Shown in pieces: positions 18,704-28,504 of a stretch of DNA of 64,000 nucleotides (position 1 is the stretch's first letter; the number at the start of each line of letters is the position of its first letter). The translations under genes and the position numbers were made by a program. The DNA is from Legionellales bacterium (GTDB lineage Bacteria > Pseudomonadota > Gammaproteobacteria > Legionellales > Legionellaceae). A model generated the notes under the pieces. It searched no databases and was not told where the DNA came from. It saw only the letters and a program-made list of their open reading frames with translations. The stretch lies in the NCBI GenBank assembly GCA_026399195.1, contig JAPLRK010000084.1, positions 2,116 to 66,115 of the forward strand. Direction: 5' to 3'.

Positions 18704-19279
18704 TCAAGGTTTTCTCCAATAATTGGCTTTCTCAGTGATGATCACATCCAAAGGAATGTCCCAAGGCGCAGACATTAACCATGATTGTCGTTGAAATTCA
18801 TAAGCCACACCCATCAGCATCGGGCGTGGTGACTCAGCTAATGTGCGATCATAGTATCCTTCCCCCATGCCTACGCGCGTTCCGTCGAGGTCAAAAAGAA
18901 CCAAGGGCATCAAGAGCAGATCGAGTTTTTGAGGATCAAGGGCATGCTCTCGCCCAACCGTTGGCTCCTGTATTCCAAAACGATTTTTGCTGAAGGGGGT
19001 TAAGGGCGTAGCTGGTAGAAAGGCCAGGGTGAGATTGTCATTTAGAACAGGGAAATAACAATATTTGCCTTGCAAAGGGGCTGAACGCCAAATGGAATGT
19101 ACGTTCACTTCCCCATGGATGGCATGATAAAGTGCGATACGTTTGGCATAACGATAAGCCTCTATTTGGCGAATTTGTGCGCAAATTCGGTTGGACGCGT
19201 GACGTTGGAAATCAGGGGGAAGTTTTTTTCGGACCAGTTGGCACGTTTGTCTCAGTGCCTGTCTCAATGGGTCGGTCAT
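18704..19279 (-). CDS. 5-formyltetrahydrofolate cyclo-ligase
   Basis: 191 aa; ..IALYHAIHGEVN.., FGIQEP.., GTRVGMGEGYYDR is the family signature. Confidence 0.8.
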   Translation of the reverse strand: MTDPLRQALRQTCQLVRKKLPPDFQRHASNRICAQIRQIEAYRYAKRIALYHAIHGEVNVHSIWRSAPLQGKYCYFPVLNDNLTLAFLPATPLTPFSKNRFGIQEPTVGREHALDPQKLDLLLMPLVLFDLDGTRVGMGEGYYDRTLAESPRPMLMGVAYEFQRQSWLMSAPWDIPLDVIITEKANYWRKP

Positions 19280-19289
19280 CAGTATGTCC

Positions 19290-19766
19290 TTAGGATGAGG
19301 TCTTCGACGAGTAATTCAATATCACCCCCCATTCTTGAGCCGTCACGGGTGTGATGGACAAACGGTTTCCACGTCGTAACAAAGGCATCTGGCTGAGTTC
19401 TGGTTGATTTTTCAACGTTTCTAGCGTTATTTTTTCTTTGAATTTTTTCACCAATCGAACGTCCACCATAAACCAACGTGGGTTTTCAGGTGTGCTATTG
19501 GCATCTGGATGGTCGCTGGTGGGATCAAAAGCAGTGTCATCTGGGTAGGCTTCACTGATGATCTCCATGATCCCAACAATACCCGGTGGGTTGCAACTTG
19601 AGTGATAAAAAAAGGCTTGATCACCAACCGCCATGTCATTTTTCATAAAATTTCGTGCTTGGTAGTTTCGGACACCATCCCAGGGGGCTATTTGCTCTGG
19701 TCTTTGTCGCAACTCATCAATACTAAAGCAAGACGGTTCGGATTTCATCAGCCAATAGTGTGTCAT
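19290..19766 (-). CDS. EVE (PUA-like) domain protein
   Basis: MTHYWLMKSEPSCFSIDEL..WDGVRNYQARNFM..GDQAFFYHS. Confidence 0.8.
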   Translation of the reverse strand: MTHYWLMKSEPSCFSIDELRQRPEQIAPWDGVRNYQARNFMKNDMAVGDQAFFYHSSCNPPGIVGIMEIISEAYPDDTAFDPTSDHPDANSTPENPRWFMVDVRLVKKFKEKITLETLKNQPELSQMPLLRRGNRLSITPVTAQEWGVILNYSSKTSS

Positions 19767-19973
19767 TGTTTTCTCCTAAAGCGCAAGACGGTATCATAAC
19801 CACCCAACGGGCAATTGATAAATATGGTTTGTGAGCCAGCAGGCTTCTCTGTCTTGATTGATGAGCAATCCAAAAGGCACATGATGTGTTTTAGGACTTC
19901 AATGGGTTGATACAGTCAATTCATCTTGTAAAAATATAATCACTTAGGACTAGTCATGATCAAACCGAAATGA

Positions 19974-20040
19974 ATAAATCTCAAATTTCTTGGACAGAAA
20001 GACATGAGGTCCTTTTCATGTCTTTTTGTCCAGAGTCCAA
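19974..20040 (-). repeat. 67-bp palindromic repeat, copy A (hairpin 19992..20031)
   Basis: Near-identical reverse complement of 33283..33349. 16-bp stem (one G-U) with an 8-nt loop, 16 nt downstream of the dotB stop. Confidence 0.75.
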
Positions 20041-20056
20041 AGTATAGCAAAACACC

Positions 20057-21190
20057 CTATTGAATATACTCTTTCGTTCCCGCAATGATGAGTTTATATA
20101 CCCGTTCGCTGATCAAACCTTCATTAAATTTTTCTTTTGCATCAACCGTCATCAGCTGCCCCCGTTGGCGAATCAACTTTCGGGTAGTGGTGGTGACATC
20201 GTTCGGATCACCTTCCAACAGAATATCTCTGGCCTCTTCATCAAACACCAAATACTCCCTTAACGCGATGCGCTTCCCGTCAACGGTGGGGACTAGTTTC
20301 TGCCAGATGCAAAGACGAATGGTTTCGAGGATATCAATGGTTCGACCCAAACGCTCTTCTCCGGCAAAAGACGTCACCAGACGACGCATCGTTTCGGCCA
20401 CACCTGAAGTATGGAGAGTCGTGTAGACCGGATGACCTGTTAGGGCTGCCTCAAGCGCTGCACTGATGGTTTCCGCATCTCGACATTCGCCCACCATGAT
20501 CAATCGAGGTTTTCGACGCAAGGCATTACGCACGCCCTCCGCAAAAGAAGGTAGGTGCCTGGGAATTTCAGATTGGCTGACCACGGAGGAAATGGTATCG
20601 ATCTCATCATAGACAAACTCAATGGGCGCCTCATATGTCAAGACTTTACGGTTAGAGTCTTCACCTTCAATAAGAGAGCGAATAATGGAGGCTAACAAGG
20701 TGGACTTCCCGGAACCCGTAGCCCCGGTAATAAAGACGATTCCTTCTTGAGGGGAAAGGGCTGCGAGAATATTCTCAGGCAAATGCATTGTCTCAAGTTT
20801 GGGGGGGGTGGTCGGGATGGTTCTAAGCGTCAGTTGCATGGCATCATGCCCCTCAACAAGGCATGCGGTTGCATTGACTCGATAACGGTATCGAACACCT
20901 CGGTTTGGTCGAAATTCATAATGCGTATCAATGTCTTTTCCAGCCAGAAGCTGTGTGGTCGCGTTTGGCCCATAAATGGCATTGATTAAGTCGCCGAGCT
21001 CAGTATTCGAAAGACGGCGATTGGTCATGCGTATCAGTACGCCGTATACTTCCGCATAAATGGGTTCGTTGGTTTGAATGGTGATGTCAGAAGCAGAAAG
21101 TCTTTCAGCATGCTCAAGCATTCTATCCATGAACATCGACGTGAATCGCGTAGGTTCATCGGGCATCAAATTGACGTGTGGATTATTCAA
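20057..21190 (-). CDS. dotB: type IVB secretion ATPase DotB (PilT-like hexameric ATPase)
   Basis: 377 aa; LMPDEPTRFT..FMDRMLEHAE..ASDITIQT, Walker A GATGSGKST, RKPRLIMVGECRD and the LHTSGV His box. Long stretches match my recollection of Legionella DotB. Confidence 0.9.
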   Translation of the reverse strand: MNNPHVNLMPDEPTRFTSMFMDRMLEHAERLSASDITIQTNEPIYAEVYGVLIRMTNRRLSNTELGDLINAIYGPNATTQLLAGKDIDTHYEFRPNRGVRYRYRVNATACLVEGHDAMQLTLRTIPTTPPKLETMHLPENILAALSPQEGIVFITGATGSGKSTLLASIIRSLIEGEDSNRKVLTYEAPIEFVYDEIDTISSVVSQSEIPRHLPSFAEGVRNALRRKPRLIMVGECRDAETISAALEAALTGHPVYTTLHTSGVAETMRRLVTSFAGEERLGRTIDILETIRLCIWQKLVPTVDGKRIALREYLVFDEEARDILLEGDPNDVTTTTRKLIRQRGQLMTVDAKEKFNEGLISERVYKLIIAGTKEYIQ

Positions 21191-21205
21191 CGGCTCATCC
21201 TCAGA

Positions 21206-22129
21206 CTAATGACTCATCGCAATGATGGGTTGCCATGCTTTACTGGTGATTACGATTTTGTCAGATTGAACGAGCTTTTCCATGTGCTTGAATTGTTCTA
21301 ACGCTTCCTCATCTTTGGCAACTGCGGCACGCCATTCACTGCTGTTGACGTTCAACGCAGGCAAAGCCGTGATGCGTAAGACACGGTCATCAATGCGAAT
21401 TTCACCACCATCGCCGGTGACGCCTAAATCGGTATGCGAAACATAGGGCGGTGATACCATATTCATGGCTAGGAGCTTACGATAAAGAATCATCCCTGAA
21501 AAATCTTCTTTGATGCGTGAGATACTTTCTTCAAGAATGGTATTGGCTTGCTCGACCCCTTGTTTCCAACCTTTATCGATGTAAAAACACCAAATAGATC
21601 GTTCTTGTTTGTTCTTGGGTAGAAGGGTGACATGCGGATATTCTGGTTTTTTATAGTCCATCCATAAATATTGCCGCCAATTGGGCGGGGTAGTGATGAA
21701 TCTGGCTTGTTTAGAGACTTTGTAAGTCCTGTCTGAAATTCGGATGGTTTGTGTGTCCGCTAAATTCAAAGTGTTTCGACCTTCAAGCAACACGGGAGGC
21801 AAGATATTGTGCTCAAGGATCAGGGCATTGAAGTCATAAATGGAATCCATTCGACGTGACTGCTGAACCAACTCCTCATCGATATATTTGGCCCGCCATG
21901 CCAATGCCGATTGGGCGCCCAAACTGAGCGCGGTTTCCTTGAGCGCCATTTCCCTAATTTTACCCATGGAAGGCATGCTGCGAACACTAGCCCCGCGAGT
22001 GTTGGCCATCGCTTGAAGACCTGCCAGTGAGTCGGTATTTCCTGCTGGATGATTGGACGTAGCACATGCCACAAGCATTGCGACCAAGGTCATCAGAAAG
22101 AAAAACCGATTATGAATAAATTTTAGCAT
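21206..22129 (-). CDS. dotC: T4BSS outer-membrane lipoprotein DotC
   Basis: Start chosen at MLKFIHNRFFFLMTLVAMLVAC (lipobox LVAC). The longer ORF (to 22234) would run through dotD. Position between dotD and dotB matches the conserved dotDCB order. Confidence 0.75.
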   Translation of the reverse strand: MLKFIHNRFFFLMTLVAMLVACATSNHPAGNTDSLAGLQAMANTRGASVRSMPSMGKIREMALKETALSLGAQSALAWRAKYIDEELVQQSRRMDSIYDFNALILEHNILPPVLLEGRNTLNLADTQTIRISDRTYKVSKQARFITTPPNWRQYLWMDYKKPEYPHVTLLPKNKQERSIWCFYIDKGWKQGVEQANTILEESISRIKEDFSGMILYRKLLAMNMVSPPYVSHTDLGVTGDGGEIRIDDRVLRITALPALNVNSSEWRAAVAKDEEALEQFKHMEKLVQSDKIVITSKAWQPIIAMSH

Positions 22130-22604
22130 AGCGCAATTCAACAACCTGACTGTTTGGGTAAACGTGAATGGTGGCTCGTTTGCCGGCTTGATAATCGATG
22201 TTACGTAAAATTTCAGCCAAACTTTCGTCTTCAACGGTGAGGCTTATTAATACGGGAACGGCAGGGGTTTTGCCCAAAATGCGAAGCCTAAAATGAGCGG
22301 CCCCCGCAATGCGTTCTGTGATTTCAGCGATGGGCCCTGACCAATCTACAGAGGCCCTGGCTTGTAAATTATAAGCGTTGGGAATCGTTAAGGTATTGTC
22401 TTTGCTGGGAGGGGTGATAACCTTCTCTACACGAGCCATTTGCAACATGGAGTCACTCACAGAATCCGCAGCTTCCGCAAGCTTAATGCTGGCGTCATCA
22501 CTCGGTGCATTACGGGGTGGTTTTTTATAAGTAGTCGTAGAGCAACCCACAAGAAGTGAGGCTGCAAGAAAAAGCAAAAGATGCGTTTTGTTCATCAATT
22601 CCAT
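22110..22604 (-). CDS. dotD: T4BSS lipoprotein DotD (secretin N0-like domain)
   Basis: 164 aa with signal peptide and lipobox LLVGC. Size and synteny with dotC-dotB fit. Confidence 0.75.
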   Translation of the reverse strand: MELMNKTHLLLFLAASLLVGCSTTTYKKPPRNAPSDDASIKLAEAADSVSDSMLQMARVEKVITPPSKDNTLTIPNAYNLQARASVDWSGPIAEITERIAGAAHFRLRILGKTPAVPVLISLTVEDESLAEILRNIDYQAGKRATIHVYPNSQVVELRYAKIYS

Positions 22605-22653
22605 GGTTCAACAATGAGGATTGTATTGATTGAAACAGGAGCCCGAGAGCTTG

Positions 22654-23205
22654 TCAAGCAGACTCTTGTTTTTTATATAAACCATAGATGATTTGCCCCG
22701 CTTTTTTTAATTTTAGCGGTTGCCAGTTTGCGGTGGGTGCGATGATTTCAACGGGAGATTCGATGTAGATCAATCCGCCTATTTTTAATACGTTCGATGA
22801 CGTAAGTGATGCCAAGCACTCTGGCAAAGCGTCGCTCAAAAAAGGCGGGTCAAGAAAGATGATGTCAAAGATGTCACGGGTTTCATGAAAGTAGGTTAGG
22901 GCATTTGTTTTTATGACTTTAAGTTTGGTGGATTGGAAGGAAAGCGCTGACTTTTGTAAATAGCGAAAAGCCAGTTGATCTTTTTCAAGCAAGGTCACTT
23001 CTGCCCCTCTAGAAAAGGCCTCAAATCCAAGCGCACCACTACCTGCAAAAGCATCTAGGCAGTGGGCATCTCGAATGTCATGCATCAGCCAGTTAAAGAG
23101 GGTTTCTCGCACCCGATTTGGCGTGGGTCGCAATCCTTCAATCTCTGGAAATTGCAATTTTTTTCCGCGAAATTGTCCTCCAATGATTTGAACGGTTTGC
23201 TTCAT
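22654..23205 (-). CDS. rsmD: 16S rRNA (guanine966-N2)-methyltransferase RsmD
   Basis: IIGGQFRGKKL..PTPNRVRETLFNWL..LDAFAGSGALGFEA..IFLDPPF. Confidence 0.85.
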   Translation of the reverse strand: MKQTVQIIGGQFRGKKLQFPEIEGLRPTPNRVRETLFNWLMHDIRDAHCLDAFAGSGALGFEAFSRGAEVTLLEKDQLAFRYLQKSALSFQSTKLKVIKTNALTYFHETRDIFDIIFLDPPFLSDALPECLASLTSSNVLKIGGLIYIESPVEIIAPTANWQPLKLKKAGQIIYGLYKKQESA

Positions 23206-24506
23206 TAACGTTTACCCACGCTCACTTGAAGGAGCTTATTAGGGTTGATGAGATGTTGAAAAGCATTTTTGATGTCTTGAATACTGACCGCATTGATTTT
23301 TGACAGATACGTTTTTAAATAATCCTCTGGTAGATGGTAAAAGGACATTTTTAAGAGCACATCGGCAATGTTACGATTACTGGACAAAGAGATAGGGAAG
23401 CTGCCCATTAGGTATTGTTTTGCGGCCGTCAGTTCATGAGCGTTTGGCCCTAGGGTGATGAAGGACAAAAGCTGTTTGCGGGTGGAGTCTATGGCCATTT
23501 TTGCTTGGCTGTTCTTGGTTGAAAAGCTTATCAAGAAGGGTCCTTTGCCTGTCAATGGCACAAATTGGCTAGACACCCCATAAGTTAACCCTCGTTTTTC
23601 TCGAAGCTCAAGAGATAGCCGAGAATCCATGCCTCCTCCCAAAATGTAATTACCCACCATGAGTGGAAAATAGTCTTTGTCTTGATGAACTACGCCTAGT
23701 TGGCCTAAGCGTAAGAGGGTTTGTTTGGATGGAAAATGCACTTCAATATCCATGGCTTCAGTCAATGGCTCGGCGATTGGAATGGGTTTGGCTGCAACAC
23801 CTTTGGGGAGATCTTCCGTCACACGTTCAGAAAGGCGATGTGCCGTGGCCTTATCGATGGCGCCTACCATCACGAGGATTGCGTTCTGGCTGACAAAATA
23901 TTGGTTGTAGAAGTCACGCACTTGTTTGTTGGTGATTCTGTCCAGATGATTTCGGTCGCCAATGATGGGGTGACCGTAGGGGTGGGTTTTGTAAAGTACT
24001 TGAAAAAAAGTTTGATTGGCAATGGCTTCAGGGGATTCTTCTGTTTCCGAAATGGCCATCAATTGTTGGTTTTTTTCATGCTCAAATGCTTCTTGTGGGA
24101 AATCAGGGTGCGTTAGGATGGATGAGAAGGTCTCGATGGCTTGTTGAAGCGCATCTGGGCGAACTAAGGTTTTCAAGCTCAACACCGCCATGTCCTGTGC
24201 ACTGCCCCCGCCATATTGTGCGCCAGTTTGCGCCAATCGCTCTGCAATGATGTTCGCATTTAAACCATTACTGCCTTGATTTAAGAGCCGCGTGGTGAGC
24301 GTGCTGAGGCCAAAGGCATCTTGATCATAGGCAGACCCTGCTGCAAACGCAATGCTTAAGTCCAGCATGGGCACTTCCATCGCTGGATAAAAGATGACGT
24401 GAACCCCTTTTTTGGTTTCCCAGGTGTAGGTTTCAAAAGGGGCTGTGGCCCAGGTGGCTGTGAAAAAAAGGAAACTGGCGGCGGCGTACATCCATCGTTT
24501 GGTCAT
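23205..24506 (-). CDS. M16-family peptidase, non-catalytic partner subunit
   Basis: 433 aa with a signal peptide and M16 fold features but no HxxEH motif. Its start overlaps the stop of the upstream M16 gene. Confidence 0.7.
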   Translation of the reverse strand: MTKRWMYAAASFLFFTATWATAPFETYTWETKKGVHVIFYPAMEVPMLDLSIAFAAGSAYDQDAFGLSTLTTRLLNQGSNGLNANIIAERLAQTGAQYGGGSAQDMAVLSLKTLVRPDALQQAIETFSSILTHPDFPQEAFEHEKNQQLMAISETEESPEAIANQTFFQVLYKTHPYGHPIIGDRNHLDRITNKQVRDFYNQYFVSQNAILVMVGAIDKATAHRLSERVTEDLPKGVAAKPIPIAEPLTEAMDIEVHFPSKQTLLRLGQLGVVHQDKDYFPLMVGNYILGGGMDSRLSLELREKRGLTYGVSSQFVPLTGKGPFLISFSTKNSQAKMAIDSTRKQLLSFITLGPNAHELTAAKQYLMGSFPISLSSNRNIADVLLKMSFYHLPEDYLKTYLSKINAVSIQDIKNAFQHLINPNKLLQVSVGKR

Positions 24507-25837
24507 TTATGGTCCCCAAGGTGGGCGTTGTCTGGGATCAACAAGGCTTCCGTCAGATTCTTGTTTTGAAAATAGCGGATGGCGGCGTTTTGTATTTGAA
24601 GGGCTGTGACTTGATTGATTCTGTCAACGTATTTTTCAGATGTTTGCCAGCCGAGTCCTACCGTTTCTAATAAGCCGAGTTCCATCGCTTGGGCAAAAAT
24701 GGAATCCCTTTCAAAAGTTTTTTGCGCAAGGATCTGTGTTTTGACACGTTTTAATTCTTTCTCTTCGACTTTTACCGTTTGTAATCGCTTGATTTCATCG
24801 AGGATCCCTTGTTTGAGATCGTTGGTGGTATGGTTTTGGCTTGGTGAGCCGTACATCATGAATTGGGTTTGATACCGAGCATATAAGTTGTAATAAACAT
24901 CCACATTGGCGGCCAGGTGTTTCCCTCGAACCAATTGTGACGTGAAACGCGCGCTTTCGCCGGCATCCAGAAGGCTCGCGATGATTTCTAGGGCATAGGG
25001 GTCGTTCGCATCAAGTCCTGCAGCTGTGCTGGCGGTGGGTACCAGATATCCAAGGATCACCATCGGGAGTTGTGCAAAGGTGTGAACATCGACCGTTTTT
25101 TGGCCCAAATGCGGTGGTTCTTTTTGGAGATGACGCGCTGTTTGTGGGGACTTCTTTTTTTGTCCAAAATAATGGTTTGCAAGGGCATGGACGTTTTGCG
25201 CCTTGACATCTCCCACCACGACCAAGGTGGCATTGTTGGGAGCGTAAAAGTGTTGATACCATGCTTTTGCGTCAGCAACACTCATTTGCTGGATGTCACT
25301 CATCCAGCCGATGACGGGATGGTTATAGGGGGCTGTCAAGTGGGCCGTTGCTAAGAACCGCTCCAGGGTGCGAGCTTGGGGGTTATCATCAACTCGTAAA
25401 CGACGTTCTTCTTGAATCACCTTCATTTCATGGGCAAATTCTTTTTTATCAAACAGAAGATGGTTCATTCGATCGGCTTCCAAATCAAAGCTTTTGGCGA
25501 GATGCGGGGCTGCGAGTTTTTCGTAGTATGCGGTGTAATCATTGCTGGTAAAGGCATTGGCTTGCCCACCAAGAGCTGCGATGGTTTTGGAGAAAACGCC
25601 CAAGGGATATTTTTTGGTGCCTTTGAACATGAGATGCTCTAGGGCGTGCGAGGCTCCAGTGATGCCTCCGGGCTCGTCTGCAGAGCCGACGTTATACCAA
25701 ATCATGGTAACAACCACTGGTGCGCGGTGATCTTCTTTGACGAGTATTTTTAGGCCGTTATCTAGGGTAAACTGTTTGACCTCACCAAAGAGTTGGCAGG
25801 ACATCAGAGCGAAAAAGGTCATGATGATGACGCGCAT
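24503..25837 (-). CDS. M16-family zinc peptidase (pitrilysin-like), catalytic subunit
   Basis: 444 aa with a signal peptide and the inverted zincin motif HALEHLMFKG. Confidence 0.8.
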   Translation of the reverse strand: MRVIIMTFFALMSCQLFGEVKQFTLDNGLKILVKEDHRAPVVVTMIWYNVGSADEPGGITGASHALEHLMFKGTKKYPLGVFSKTIAALGGQANAFTSNDYTAYYEKLAAPHLAKSFDLEADRMNHLLFDKKEFAHEMKVIQEERRLRVDDNPQARTLERFLATAHLTAPYNHPVIGWMSDIQQMSVADAKAWYQHFYAPNNATLVVVGDVKAQNVHALANHYFGQKKKSPQTARHLQKEPPHLGQKTVDVHTFAQLPMVILGYLVPTASTAAGLDANDPYALEIIASLLDAGESARFTSQLVRGKHLAANVDVYYNLYARYQTQFMMYGSPSQNHTTNDLKQGILDEIKRLQTVKVEEKELKRVKTQILAQKTFERDSIFAQAMELGLLETVGLGWQTSEKYVDRINQVTALQIQNAAIRYFQNKNLTEALLIPDNAHLGDHK

Positions 25838-25907
25838 GGCATACCTCTGGTTAAAAAGAGTGATAGAATTTCACATTTTGAATGGTTTGTATATGGAAGG
25901 TTTTTAG

Positions 25908-26903
25908 ATGGTGAAATGGTTTAAACGAAATCAAAGCCCAACGGCCGTATGTGCTGCGGATATTTCAGCTCCCGTGGGTATGTTTTCTCGCCTGAAGCAA
26001 GGGTTGACTAAAACGCGACATCAGTTGGGTGGTGGCCTGAGTCGTTTGCTTCTTGGAAAAAAAGACATTGATGGGGCATTGTTGGAAGAATTAGAGATGC
26101 AATTGTTATGCTCTGATTTGGGGATGGAGACCACCAAAGCCATATTATCTGAGTTGGCGGATGGCTTAGGTAGAAAACAATTGGCAGATGGTGAGGCGGT
26201 GTTCGCTGCGTTACAAACTCATCTGCACTCTATTTTGTCTTTGAAAGCGCATCCTTTGATTCTAGAGACGCCCAGTCATTCTCCTTTTGTGATGTTGATG
26301 GTGGGGGTGAATGGTGCTGGAAAAACAACGACCATCGGAAAATTGGCCAAACTTTATCAAAAACAGGGTAAAAAAGTGATGTTGGCCGCGGGTGATACGT
26401 TTCGTGCGGCGGCCATTGAACAGTTGCAGGTTTGGGGTCAGCGCAATGAGATTGCGGTGATCGCCCAGCACACGGGTGCTGATAGTGCCTCTGTCATTTT
26501 TGATGCTCTTTCGGCGGCCAAAGCTCGTGGGATGGATGTGTTGCTGGTTGACACTGCCGGACGTCTTCACACCCAAGCCCATTTGATGGAAGAATTAAAA
26601 AAAGTGAAACGGGTCATTCAAAAAATGGATCCCACAGCCCCTCATGAGACGATGTTGATTTTAGATGCGAGCCTCGGTCAAAATGCCCTAAATCAAGTGC
26701 GTCAATTTCATCAGGCCATTGGCGTGACGGGGATTACCATGACCAAGTTAGATGGCACGGCGAAAGGCGGGATATTGTTTGCTATCGCACATGAATTAGG
26801 GATACCATTTCGGTACGTAGGGGTGGGCGAGGGTATTGATGATTTGCGCCCTTTTGATGCAGCGCAATTTGTTCATGCGATATTTCATGATGATCCAATT
26901 TGA
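25908..26903 (+). CDS. ftsY: signal recognition particle receptor FtsY
   Basis: GVNGAGKTTTIGKLA, DTAGRL and TKLDGTAKGG are SRP GTPase motifs. The A-domain is short. Confidence 0.9.
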   Translation: MVKWFKRNQSPTAVCAADISAPVGMFSRLKQGLTKTRHQLGGGLSRLLLGKKDIDGALLEELEMQLLCSDLGMETTKAILSELADGLGRKQLADGEAVFAALQTHLHSILSLKAHPLILETPSHSPFVMLMVGVNGAGKTTTIGKLAKLYQKQGKKVMLAAGDTFRAAAIEQLQVWGQRNEIAVIAQHTGADSASVIFDALSAAKARGMDVLLVDTAGRLHTQAHLMEELKKVKRVIQKMDPTAPHETMLILDASLGQNALNQVRQFHQAIGVTGITMTKLDGTAKGGILFAIAHELGIPFRYVGVGEGIDDLRPFDAAQFVHAIFHDDPI

Positions 26904-27540
26904 CCAAGTCAGTAAACGTTATCCGGGGGGCTTTGAAGCCTTAAGTGACGTTAATTTTTCTCTCGAGCAGGGTGAAATGGCCTTTCTTACCGGCCATTCA
27001 GGTGCTGGAAAAAGCACACTCTTGAAACTCATTGCCTTGTTGGAAAAACCTTCTTCAGGTCAAATTATAGTAAATGGGGTTCACTTAAATCAGCTCAAAA
27101 AGCGTGATATTTCGCGTCATCGCTTAAGTTTAGGCATTACGTTTCAGTCGCCTAATTTACTCAACGATCGCACCGTATTTGATAATGTCGCCTTGCCTTT
27201 GCACATTCAGGGGGTGGCGCCGCAAATGATGTCGAAGCGTGTTTTTGCAGCCTTAGATAGAGTAGGCTTGCTTAATAAAGAAAAAATGAGGCCCTTACAA
27301 TTGTCAGGTGGGGAGCAGCAGCGCGTTGGGATTGCTCGCGCCATTGTTCACAAACCGGCTTTGTTGTTGGCTGATGAGCCAACAGGAAACCTTGATCCGT
27401 TGCTTTCAGCTGAAGTCATGAAACTTTTTGAACAGCTGCATCAAGTGGGCGTGGCGGTTTTGGTCGCAACTCATGATTTGGCGCTGATTGCGAGTATGAA
27501 GCACCGAATTGTCATGTTGAAAGGGGGGAGACTGTGTTGA
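26887..27540 (+). CDS. ftsE: cell division ABC ATPase FtsE
   Basis: MIQFDQVSKRY.., GHSGAGKST, LSGGEQQRVGIARA, LLADEPTGNLD. The start is set at ATG 26887/26890, overlapping the ftsY stop; the longer ORF start is unlikely. Confidence 0.9.
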   Translation: MMIQFDQVSKRYPGGFEALSDVNFSLEQGEMAFLTGHSGAGKSTLLKLIALLEKPSSGQIIVNGVHLNQLKKRDISRHRLSLGITFQSPNLLNDRTVFDNVALPLHIQGVAPQMMSKRVFAALDRVGLLNKEKMRPLQLSGGEQQRVGIARAIVHKPALLLADEPTGNLDPLLSAEVMKLFEQLHQVGVAVLVATHDLALIASMKHRIVMLKGGRLC

Positions 27541-28457
27541 CTCATCTTCGTATGTGGTTTGCTCATCATGCGCAAGCGGCGGGGAACAGTCTTTTGGCGC
27601 TTTGTCGTAAACCCATATCGACGGTGATGACCGTGTTGGTGATAGCCATTGCTTTGGTGTTGCCGGCCCTCTTTTGGGTGATCACGGATAATATGGCTCG
27701 TTTGACGGTGAATTGGCAGCAGGGCGGCCATGTGTCTCTTTATCTAAAAGCTTCGCTTGCAAGAGAGGCGGAGACAGCTCTATTGGAACGTGTACAAACT
27801 ACGGTGGGCGTAGGTCATGCCGATTTGACAACCCCTGCTGAAGGGTTGTTGGAGTTGCAAAAGCAGGAAGGGATGAAAGATATCATGCGATATTTGCCGG
27901 AAAATCCATTGCCTGCGGTCATTGAGGTGCTCCCGGCGTTGGACGTGAACACGCCAGCAAAATTGGAGCAGTTGCACTTGTTGCTTAAATCATATCCAGG
28001 TGTTGAGCAAGCGAAGCTCGACATGCAATGGGTGAGCCGGCTTCATGCTATCTTAAGTCTCACGGCGAAGTGTACTGAGGGGTTGATGGTTTTGCTTTCA
28101 GTGGCGGTCTTGTTGATCATAGGCAATACCGTACGGTTGGCTTTGCATCATCGCTATGAGGAAATTAGGGTATCAAAACTCGTTGGGGCCAAGGATTCTT
28201 ATATTCTTCGTCCATTTTTGTATTCAGGGGTTTGGTATGGCATGGCCGGAGCCATTCTTGCTGTGGGTTTGGTGGATTTGTTTTTGTATCGTTTGACGTG
28301 GGTTGTGGCACAACTGGTTTCGGTATATGACATACATTATGCCTTTATTGGCTTGTCGTGTGAGCAAATGATTCTTCTATTGTTCTCAGCAATTTTTCTG
28401 GGTTGGTTTGGTGCATGGCTTTCGGTGAAAAGGGAGCTTTCGGGCATTGAGCCTTAG
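27534..28457 (+). CDS. ftsX: cell division permease-like protein FtsX
   Basis: 307 aa, 4 TM, follows ftsE with an overlapping start. Confidence 0.85.
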   Translation: MLTHLRMWFAHHAQAAGNSLLALCRKPISTVMTVLVIAIALVLPALFWVITDNMARLTVNWQQGGHVSLYLKASLAREAETALLERVQTTVGVGHADLTTPAEGLLELQKQEGMKDIMRYLPENPLPAVIEVLPALDVNTPAKLEQLHLLLKSYPGVEQAKLDMQWVSRLHAILSLTAKCTEGLMVLLSVAVLLIIGNTVRLALHHRYEEIRVSKLVGAKDSYILRPFLYSGVWYGMAGAILAVGLVDLFLYRLTWVVAQLVSVYDIHYAFIGLSCEQMILLLFSAIFLGWFGAWLSVKRELSGIEP

Positions 28458-28504
28458 GAGCTCCCGCTTTTAAGGGACTTCTCACAGAGTCATGAATGCG
28501 GAAA

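Noticed and set aside
22130-22234. N-terminal extension of dotC (ORF start 22234) running through the end of dotD.
   Set aside because: The signal peptide and lipobox begin at Met 22129 (or Met 22093). The extension has no signal-like features.
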